From the NCBI GenBank assembly GCA_001687465.1, contig LVLI01000179.1, positions 1 to 34,621 of the forward strand: a stretch of DNA of 34,621 nucleotides. Reading direction: 5' to 3'. The position numbers and the translations under genes are program-made. Shown here in pieces: positions 19,575-30,129 of the stretch (position 1 is its first letter; the number at the start of each line of letters is the position of its first letter). Source of the DNA: Halocafeteria seosinensis (Eukaryota). The notes under the pieces are model-generated. The model searched no databases and had not been told where the DNA came from. It saw nothing but the letters and a program-made list of their open reading frames with translations.

Positions 19575-20660
19575 CTAGGGATGCCAACGAAAATCCCTCT
19601 GTAACACTCCCTTGATATGACACTCTCCTTGTACGTGAGACAGTGGCCAAGTAGTGGATGCTGCTCGAACTGTCCGGAAGTATCTTACGGCGTCATTGTA
19701 TCTTCGTTGCTCTTTGCAAATATCCCATGCTGTAGAGTGTATCCGAACGCTTTGTCCATACCCCCTCTGGTACGACCCAATGTCCGATTGGGACTTGGAA
19801 AGCCGAACGGCTTCATCATACTCGATATGGAGTCCACAACTTGTTTCATGGCTTCCAGGTTTGCTTACTGTAGTTGACGCCACTACTGAGCAAAGTAATA
19901 TACTCGATCGACCAAAGATTCTTAACAACCTCAAGATGTCCATTCCGCGCAGCCATGTGCAACGGTGTTTCTCCGTTTTCGTCCATGACGTTTACATTGG
20001 CATTGCATTTTTCAATGAGAGTACTGAGGACTTGGGCCTGGGCAGTCTTGGTTGCCTCAAATAGTGGGGTGACGTCGTTCTGCAAGCAAGAAAGCAATTA
20101 CTCAGTCGATCAATTGATTTCAGCATAAGTGAACTTTCGAGAAAACAAGGAGAAAGATGTTCGGGAAACTGGAATCACACTTCGTGTGGCACTTTAATTC
20201 ACCACCATAAGATAGAAACGAGGTGAGGATTGTCACAAACCCAAACAATTCACACCACTGCCGATCACTTTCCAGTTTGCTTTACACCCAGTTCGAGACT
20301 ATTAATCGTTTCTTACCTTGCTTTCGGCCTCGACGTTGGCGTGGTACTTCGTCAATCAACATGCACACCACTTCGTTGCTTCGCGCTCCGGCAGCTTCGT
20401 GCAAAGGGGTTGTTTTCAGCCGGCTGTACCAGAGACAACGCCCATTCATTCATTCATTCATTCAGTAAAAATGGAGACACACCTATCCACCCACATAGGA
20501 AGGCACGTACCCCTAATGAGTAGGTATTGATGTCCAATCCAGGGTATTTGTCCAAGATGGAGGCAGCCTTTTCGGGGTTCGGGTTATACACACAGGCATC
20601 TTCCAACTCGCGCTTGTCCTCCTCGGACAAGGTGACCACAGACTCCGCTTCAGCGGACAT
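19575..20660 (-). pseudogene. Ankyrin-repeat (plus TPR-like) gene, frameshifted
   Basis: Exon-like segments: 20660-20511 (MSAEAESV...GLDINTYSLG, donor gtacgt); ~20424-20317 (TTPLHEAA...VVCMLIDE/YHANVEAESK with an internal frameshift, donor gtaaga); and from 20079 (NDVTPLFEA...ANVNVMDENGETPLHMAARNGHLEVVKNL, a canonical ankyrin repeat). Frameshifted TPR-like sequence follows. Confidence 0.8.
20443..20464. repeat. (CATT)5 microsatellite inside the first intron of the ankyrin pseudogene
   Basis: cattcattcattcattcattca. Confidence 0.9.
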
Positions 20661-21269
20661 TCTTACAAGAGATAGAGGCTATGTATAGTCTATATAGGGC
20701 AAGTGAATGGAAGTGACTCCTCGAGGTCTGCATTTCGGAGCATAATACAATTCAGTCCAGATCGCACAGACGCGGCCAGCTACACACGACAAACGCTCAC
20801 TTACGTTTGAATAATAGCCTACGGATAGGAAAAGGTGCACGCCGTGGTCGATCAAATCGGATCTTGCGGCCGGGGTGAAAGTCGACGAAAAGATTGCACG
20901 GTGGTCGGAAAAGTCCATGAAATGATTGTTTGTTACCTTTGGTTGCTGGAAGTTGAAGTTGTGGACGGACGGACGGACGATTCTTCTTCTTCCTTTTCCA
21001 CAGGAATCCATCCATCCAGGAAGGTTCAAATGATCGATTCCACGTCATAGACTAAAGGGTGATTTTTGCGTTGCTCTGCAGCTACAGTTAGTTCTCCCGT
21101 GTTGGTACCGGATGGACACTTGGAGTTTCCGGCTCAAACGGAAGAGAGATGAAGTCTCAATCCGTGACCTACAAGTTGTGGTAGCTCCTCATGATAGAAA
21201 GAGTTAATGTCTGAATATGGGAAGAAACCTGTGATTCGAACCAGACAACACTCGACAACAAGGAACCTT

Positions 21270-23440
21270 ACTGTATCTCAGCAGAAAACACTCAGCAGCT
21301 TTGGAGGTAGGTACTGGAGAGGATCGATCTTGAAGCGCTGACGACGATGGTATGGAGGTAGATACATGTATTATTCGCCCAACTAAGATTTTGGTGGTAT
21401 CCTGTGGTTTAAAGCATTCCTCTTTGGGGACGCAAGAGAAGCCGATGGCAGCGATTCCTGGGGATGGAAGTTTGAAAGAGTTGTCCCGATAAGAATCTAC
21501 AGTGCGGCAGGCTGAGGTACGGCGAACTATCGGATTTTCAAGCTGATACCACGCACCACCATCAGCATCAGTGTGTCCTCGGTGCCTTCCATTTAGACAG
21601 TATCCAACCATCTGAACCATGGCCAGCGGAAGCGCGAATCCCTCTCACAAGGTGGATCTGGAGACTTTTCGGAGAGTTCAGTCGTGGGAGCAATGGCGGT
21701 CTCAAGCCAAGCCAAGGAGATGGTCAATTACATGGCGGACTACTACATTTTCTTGGAAAAGCAGCAGCAGAACTCTGATGAGACGAACTCGCTTCCGGTC
21801 AAAAAGTCAAGCGGAACCGGGATATCTTAAGGTACGTGTGCTCCCTTCACCCTATCAATCAACTGCGATACAGTCTATAAGAACGCCAAAAAAAATTAAA
21901 TTCACGTGCTGATGCCTTCTTTGCAGAATCGTCTGCGTGGAAGCGTACAGGAAGATGCTGAAGCGTTCCAGGACGTACTTCAGGATGTCCAGAAGCATAT
22001 TATGCCGGGTATCACGCATTGGCAGCATCCTAGCTTCTTCGCATACTTCAGCACCAATTCGTCTGACCCAGGAATACTCGGATCTATGCTGAGTTCCATG
22101 TTCAATGTCATTGGCTTTTCTTGAGTGACTAGCCCGGATTTTCGAGCGAGTGTACCACGTACCACCACCTATTCGCTCGGCCGCTTACCATACGAAGAAG
22201 CAACAGATGTACCGGAACCAACTTATTACGTTTTCATTGGTGATTCTGACGCTACGACTTTCATTCCTGTCAATGTCGATGACTCAATCTTGGCTGCCGA
22301 AAGAGGAAAAAATGATTTTGGTTTTACAGCTGATAGCCTCCCGCGAACCTCCCCATTTGACAATGTGCGTCTATATCAAGAGTTCGCACAGCGAAAAGAA
22401 GAAATCTGCATTCTGTCTGAGAGTAGCGAGCGTGGTATACGTGAGAGGATCAGAGTAGTGGGAGAACTTCGTAAGCGGCACAAATTGGAGCAGCGAGGGA
22501 AGGAGCCACCCAAGGAAGCAGAAAGAGCTATACTCGGGGAAGAGAATCTCTCACTGCCAATAGTGCAAAATATCGTGTTTAGTTGCTTCATAATTAGGTG
22601 CGGGGCTCCTTGATTGGGAATTGACGGTGAAACGGGCAATGGGGCAATGTCAATGATCTACAGGGCCATTGCGAGTTGCCCCGAAGGGCTGATAAGGTTA
22701 CTTGGATTTGTTCCCGTAGGACTCATTGAGGTACCGGAGGGCATAGTTGGGTAAGGACGTCACTTCGCAAACACGGCAACGCTCGAACGTGATCTCAGTA
22801 ATCGAACTTTGCCACGGTTCGGAGCAAGCATTAGGAAGAGATGACAACGACGCTTATGTGCGTGACAAATGCGCTTAGTCAAAGAGAGGCTACGATAGTA
22901 TGGAATGGAAGCTTCTTATCGAAGATATTCAGCACCGCGAGAGAAACATCTCCCAGCTCTCGTCATTTCCTGAAGGGCCTGACGAGCAAATAAACTCTCA
23001 TTTTCTGTGCTCAGCAAATTGGAGCGACAGTGTCGTGAATTGATGTGCACGATGACGAAGTTTTTAACGTCGTTGCACAACAATGAAATTGCGTCTACCG
23101 CAGATAAAATGGAAGCTGGAAAAGTGTGATGATGGTGCGTGGTTTGATCGAAGCAAAGAAAATTGTGGACTCGAGAGACCGTCTCTTGTCTCTGCGAGGT
23201 AGAGTCACCAGAGCCTCCACTACCATACTTTCCAGGGTAGATTACGGCCTCGAACCTCAAGCTTGGATGAACTTGCGGAATTTCCCTGTAATTGTTCTAC
23301 CGGATACGCTCAAACAAGTGACCATCTAGTCATCATCACGTCAACGATATTCTGCTGTCACATCACACAATGGAAGAGTCAACAACAGACGGTATCGGAA
23401 GCAGAGATCCACGGTCTTGCTGATGCAAACGCTGCTTATC
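21270..23440 (+). mobile_element. Decayed Ty1/copia pol remnant, copy B
   Basis: KAFLFGD at ~21411-21431; ATTFIPVNVDDSILAA in ORF 22125-22613; CSTGY...ITQWKSQQQTVSEAEIHGLA in ORF 23263-23622 (copia RNase H STxGY, WKSKKQ, EAE). Confidence 0.78.
21619..22138 (+). pseudogene. 5' fragment of aromatic L-amino acid decarboxylase, copy B
   Basis: EMVNYMADYY...SQAEPGYLK, intron 21832-21926, ...IMPGITHWQHPSFFAYF...GFS*VTSP. Carries the same TGA (22122-22124) and the same truncation point as copy A. Confidence 0.92.
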
Positions 23441-26400
23441 GGGTAAGGGTATTCCGTTTGGACGAGCCTTTGGGCCCGCATTGGAAGAGTTGTTATTCTT
23501 TTTTGAAACGCGAAAGAAGCAGACAGGAGCGACTCCTGTATATGGTATGGAAAGCCCCTACTCTCTCAACTCGAGAGGAAGCTACGCAGCGGCATGCTCG
23601 CGACGGTACTAGCACCAATTGACCACGGGGCCCCCATTATTAGGAGGCGGCTGCATGTGTACACCCGTGCAATGAACCCATTACTGAGGCTGAGGATTTA
23701 GATGTTTTCAAACCGAAGGCTCCCCACTGTTACGGTACTGTTCGAATGGAGCCTTCCACTTTGCGTTGCTTCCGTGAGGGTAAGGCAAGCAGATGAAATC
23801 ACGCTCGGAGAACAGAATCTGTATTACGACATGTTTGCGCAACGGTGAATTTGTGCCTTCCAATGATTCTGCAGCGTGGTTCGATCCCTCCGAAATTCCT
23901 TGCCAGGGCAGTAGCTCGACATTCGGATATGCTCAATTTGGAGGTGATGTACTCAAAGCTACGCATAAGCAATTAAATTGGTATGGTGCCGCCATCAGCC
24001 ATCACTACAGTCGCACAATAAGAGTCTTGTCTAACACGAGAAAGTGGTGATATGGCTCACAGGTGACACATTAATCTGTATTACTAGAATAAACATGTGG
24101 TTTGCCCAAAGCACATCAAGACGAAGTCGACAAGTAGGGCTACGAAATAGATGGTCGGAAACGATGAATCTCGACGGTTGAACTATCGGCAGTGCGATTC
24201 GGCACGTGAGGAATGCGCTGGGCGGAAAACCATGCTCATGGGTGCTAAAAACTTGGTATTGTTCTGGCAAAGAACCCGCCAATGAATGAGTAACGCGAGA
24301 GTACTTCCAATTTTTACAATAACGAATGGAGAGCACTTACTGATTATTTGCCCAGCATTTCGATACTAGCAAACGGAAACTTAAAAGCGGATTATCATCG
24401 CCGCTGGCCAAACTGTTCGAGTTATCTCAATCTCGGGGGCGCTAGTGCTAGGTTAGCAAAAACGCTCTCACTGTCGCTGTACGCACTAACTCTGAAGGAG
24501 GTCAGAAGTTGAATCGTGAAATGCTTACGCAAGAACAAAGCTCGTCGTGTCGTGCGGAATGGTAAATAACCGACCTCGTGGGGGTCCAGTGAGATTAAAT
24601 GGTAGCTGCCAACTTCATGTTTGGGGCACCAGTTTAGATCTCCCCAGACTTGCTTCGCAGCCCCACTCACTATATTATGGTGTGGCAACGGCCTATGCCC
24701 TTATCTGACAATAAAGGTCCAAAGAGTGTTACGTTCTCGAGAAACTGCGCTGTAACACTGCTACATAAATTTTCCGAAACCTATCATCTTCCGCCCTTCT
24801 TGGGAAGTGATAATCGACCTAGACCTACTAGTAGTGTTCCTCCCGAACGAGGTTGCTAGAGCAGTAAGCACCTACCTACCAAGTTGGTAGAATAATGAAG
24901 GCCTTCCGTTTATGTCTTGCCACAGTGTCATGGGATGTACTGGCTTTCATATGAATCACCTGGGGTTCTTCTGGCAGGAGTGAGCGTGTGCACTAACTGC
25001 AGGACATGTTCCTGTAAGCAATGGACACTTATTTGATTTGAGGAAGCGCGCAGTTAATACAAGCAAGAGTCAAGAAGTAGAGCTACACAGTCATTTTTTA
25101 TCCACGGCATTGAAGCATAAAAGCGTTGACAACGGATCGCGACAAAAAGTGATAAGTGGACGAAGTTTGAGTGCCATGACAATCACGATGACATACCCAC
25201 TACTTAAGGAAACTAAAAAGAATCGAAGGGACACATAAAGAAAGAGGGTACTCCTCGAGAATGGGCGGACATATATGAAGCTAAGCATGGGAAGATGAAT
25301 CGAATCGCAACAGAGTCAACCCTCTCGCATCAGTTGCTGTGGGTTGTCAGTCAACTTGTCACTGATCCAGATAACCCCTCTGGTCCTGCTATGGAAGTTC
25401 GTTCTGGCATCCATGGGGCTTCCCTCACAGGGCAAGGGATCAAACGGAAGTTTAAGGTCTCAAGCCTTGTTCTAGTTCCTGACGGTGTTAGTGTACAAAA
25501 GGCACAGAAGTTGGAAAAAAGACAGGCGACTATCACGCGATAGATGATTTCCACAGTGTAGTTCTTCATTACTTAAAGAGAGGATACGCCTGTTGCCTCT
25601 CAACGAGGGAACTTTGAACAACGGTGACGAGAGAGGTGTGTCATTCTTTTGAGTGAGGGCGGGAGTACTCAAGTTGAGGATTCAACATTTTTTTCACTGT
25701 GTCAGATGAGTAAGGCAGCGTACTTTTCTTCTTTTTCAAGACTTGAAAGAACGAGACTGCAGCGGGCCTTACTGGTTCGGCAGTACTACTTTGGTTTCCG
25801 TCAATGATGCCAAGACTCCACTTATCCTCCGGAAGCTTGCTTGTTGGTTGAGGACAGAGTGATAGGGTTCTGCGATAACCTGATAGACCCTGGGTTTCCT
25901 ATTCCATTCAAGCATTCAAGCGCGTTTCAAGTATGAAGAACCGTCAGCCGAAGGGAGAGACGAAGGCCGCTGCGCCGTCTGAAAAGAACAACGTGGTGTC
26001 TATGGAAGGATCAGAATTGTCAAGGAAAATTATAGGTAGCAGAAACTGCACCAACGAGCGGGAGCGGTTCAAAAACAGGCCAAAAGAGGCATGCCGTTGA
26101 AAGAAGAACGTCTTCACTCGCCGAAAGTATTGTTCATATGCTTAGCTAGGCTGTATGATTTGGCTGTCCGCGCCGTACAGGCTCTGAGCTATTTCTGGAT
26201 CCGCGATGGGTAACGTCGAAGTAGCCCAACGCTCGGAGTGATGCTACATGATTGGCAGATACTGGTACTTAAAAAAGGGTCTACTTAAGACGAAAAGCAG
26301 ATACGCAAGAATAAAGACCAGTCGCATGAACGAGTTCTCTAATGACTCGGCAGATCAGCTATTGCAAAGATGATAACATAAAGCGAATTCACCCTCTTGC

Positions 26401-29400
26401 ATCAGTTGCATAGCATGCTTATTTGGAGTGATGTATTTGAGTCCACGCTAGCAACTAGAGATGTAAGCAGCGCCGCTCGGCGAACTGTCAGAGTCAGAGT
26501 CATAGTCCTGTCGGGAAGTGCTACGCTAGCAGGAAGGAAAACTTTTATCATTGCAGCGGTTCCTTGATAGAACATGGGAAGAGCCCCAACGTTGTCAACT
26601 CGAGACGACGTTACGGAAGCGAAACTAGGCAGCGGCCTGCTTGCATACGCACTTGAGCGTCTTGAAACCGACGTTGCCGCCAGTCGGCTGTGCATCTCGT
26701 ATTATGACAGGCCAATAGATGTACAGCTGCACAATAAAGGCCTTACTGGTTCGGCAGTACTACTTTGGTTTCCATCAATGATGCCAAGACTCCACTAATC
26801 CTTCGGAAGCTTGCTTGCCGGTTGAGGACGGAGTGATAAGGGGTCTACGACAACCTGGTAGACTCTGTGTTTCCTATTCCATCCAAGCATCCAAGTGCGT
26901 TTCAAGAGTATGAAGAACCGTCAGCCGAAGGAAGGGAAGAAAGCCGCTGCGCCGTCTGAGGTGAACAAACGTGGTGTCTATGGGAGGATAATAATTGTCA
27001 AGGAAATTTATAGGTAGCAGAAACTGCACCAACGAGCGAGAGCGGTTCAAAAACAAGCCAAAAGACAAAGAGACATGCCCGAGAGAAGAACGCCTTCACT
27101 AGCCGAAAGTATTGTTCGATTGCTTAGCTAGGCTGCATGATTTGGCTGTCCGCGCCGTACAGGCTCTGAGCTATTGCTAGATCCGCGATGGGTAACGCTA
27201 TGATTCGTAACGGTGAAACGAACCTTGGAGTCCTCTATGTTCAGGAAATTACTACGAGACGAAATCCACACTGCGGCGTTTGCCAACAAGGAGCCACTCG
27301 CATCGCTCTCGTCGAAGTTCTAAACAATGGTTTAGGACGAAAGATATGAACTTGAAGATTTCCGCCGTGATCCATGCACTATGCCGAAGGCTTCCCACTA
27401 TTGCGATACTGCCGAACGGAAGTTGTATGTCCATGGAAGGCATCGCCAGCGCAAAACCTCCCACTTCTCGTTATTACGGGAGAGGCTAGACGAGCAGATA
27501 AAATCAGGCTCAGAGAGCAGAAGAAGTATTGCGAATTGTTGCATATAGACGACGAAATCGTGCCTACCGTGTTACGGAGTCTCCGTAGATAGGGCCTTGT
27601 AGGAATCTTGCCTTCCAAAAAAGGATAGAATGCTAGCTGGCAAACTCAGGGTGAGAAAGGGTTAAGAAACTCCTGAGTATTAGAGACGAGCATTGATCCG
27701 CAACCTGATTTTTACAAATGCGTCAGAAGCAATCCAAGTAGCTGAGGAAGTACCATTGTAAGTCTGGGAAGTAGTCCAAAGCATGGAATGATGGTATATG
27801 ATTGGTCAGGTGGTCTCAGGAAGAGGCTACAAAAGACAGGAGAGAAAAAAAAAAGATACGCAGAAACAGAGACCAGTTGCATGAAGGAATTCTCTGATGA
27901 TTTGACAGAGTGGGTATTGAAAAGATGATAACATAAAGCGAATTCACCCTCTCGCATCAGTTGCGTACTATGCCTATTTGGACTGGGCCACGGAGAACTG
28001 AAACAATCGCCATTGGCTTCATCGGAGACTCGACGCGCACGCCAAGAACCGGAAGAGGGCGCAATTCAAACAAGAGAGCGACAGAAAGAGATGCGATGCT
28101 CCCTTATGCAAGAGCATCGGAGGCAACAAGAGCCGCAATAAGAAGCTGAAGAGAAGAGACACGCCTGAAAGCAGTAGGAGCCGTACTTGTGAGCGACGAA
28201 TTTCTCGCCTCGCCAAACACCTTATTATGCGTGCTCAAGGGAACTGCTCCTCTTGACAACCTACTTGTCCCTTTTTCAAAGGCTCGAATTCACAAGCGAG
28301 CTGTTCGTGTCGTCAAAGTTCTAAACAATGGTTTGGGACGAAAGATATTGTTTCCCCGTGAGCGATGTACTTATTCGAAGGCTTCCCACTATTGCGATAC
28401 TGCGGAACGGAAGTGTATGTGCAAGAAAGACACCGCTAAGGCAAAGCCTTCCACTCCTCGTTAAAATGGCAAAGGCTAGACGAGCAGTTAGAATCACGCT
28501 CGGAGATCAGAAGTAGTATTGGGAATTGTTGCACAACGACGGAATTGTGTCTGCCACGTTCCAGACCCTCGCTATATAGGGCCTTTATGAGTCTTACCTT
28601 CCGGAAACAGAGATAGAGTAGGGGCTGACAAACTCGGATGAGGAAGGGGGAAGAAATCCCTGGGACAAGCCAGAGCATTAATCCGCAACCTGATGTTTCG
28701 GAAATGCATCAGAAGCAATCGTACTAGCTGCGAAAGAGCAACGTCTACCAATGTAAGCCTGGGAAGTAGTCCAACGCATGGAGTGATACTACATGATTGG
28801 CCGGTACTGGTGCTTAAGAAAGAGTCTACTAAAGACTAAACGAAGATACGCAAGAATAAAGACCAGTCGCATGAAGGAGTTCTCTGATGATTCGGTAGAT
28901 CAGCTATTGCAAAGATGATAACATAAAGCGAATTCACCCTCGCGCATCAGTTGCATACCATGCTTATTTGGAGTGAAGTATTTGAGTCCACGGAGAACTG
29001 AAACAATCCTCCGCCGTGCTCATCGGAGAGTGTACGCGCTTGCCAAGAACCGGAAGAGGGCGCTAGCCAAACAGGACAACGAAAGAAAGAGATATGATGC
29101 AAACTTATCCAGGAGCACTGGAGGCAACAAAAGCTGCAATTGATGAGAAGAGGCACGCCTGAAAGCAGTGAGAGCCGTACTTGTGGGCGAAGAACTTCTC
29201 TCCCCAGCAAACGCCTTATTATGAGTATTAAGTGGAGCTAGTCCTCTTGACGGTCTGCTTGTCTCCTCTTCAAAGGCAAAAGCTCGAATCCCCAAGCGAG
29301 CTATCCGTTATGGCCGGAAACGAGTTTACAGGATAGAAGTATTGGCACGTGAGAATTGCGCTGGACGGGAAATGATGAAATGCTGCACATGCGTGCTACT

Positions 29401-29800
29401 TGATAAGTATCGTGGGCAAAGAAACCGCTTTAATTGCATCACCCAACTATGCTATTTCTCAGGAGCAATGAATTTGTAATGCGGGAGGACGTCGATTTTT
29501 CCGATGATGGCTTGTGAGCACTTGCTGACGGCGTGCCCACCATTTCCAAGCTAGCAACTACAGATGTAAGCATCGCCGCTCGCCGAACCGTCAGAAGTCA
29601 TAGGCCTTTCGGGAAGTGCTAGGCTAGCAGGAAGAAAAACTTTCATCATTGCTTCTACAGGAGCGTCGCCATTGTTACTGCTACTAAGTCCCCGACGCCG
29701 CATCATAGTCCACCCATTCCGGGGAAGTTATAAGCGAGCTAGACCTACTGGTGGTGCTACTCGAGGACGAGGCTACACTTGTACGATTGACGTTTCTCTC
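23440..29800 (+). repeat. Degenerate modular repeat block, expanded copy B
   Basis: Homologous to 5045-9170 but with extra copies: the ggccttactggttcggcag module at ~25765 and ~26739; the aaagatgataacataaagcgaattcacc module at ~26366, ~27921 and ~28911; the gaaggcttcccactattgcgatactgc module at ~27387 and ~28377. It also has about 380 bp (~24830-25205) absent from copy A. Confidence 0.85.
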
Positions 29801-30129
29801 GTGGCTTTATAATCCACAGAATTATTTAATTCAGTCCGAAAATAAGCCGTGGATAAAGGGAGGGCTGAACGCTATAGTATGCAACTACTGAGTCCAACGA
29901 AGCCGAGCTTCATGTGCTTCCCAGATAAGTTGGAAGGCTCAGTCTGGATGAACTTGTATCATATTGCATTAAATAAGAGTCAGAACTGCTGTTGGGTACA
30001 TACTTAATTTAGGTAAGATTGTTAAGCTTTGAGTCCCGCTACTGCAACAAATATCACTCCTTAACTACATTGGGCTACACGTCCACATTTCTCTTCATTC
30101 ATTCCTTGAAATGCTTTGCCAAACATGCT

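Noticed and set aside
15210..22138. Biosynthetic cluster of a 4CL-like ligase plus an aromatic decarboxylase (hydroxycinnamoyl-amide-like)
   Set aside because: The decarboxylase is a short dead fragment embedded in a retroelement, and no acyltransferase or other pathway gene is present.
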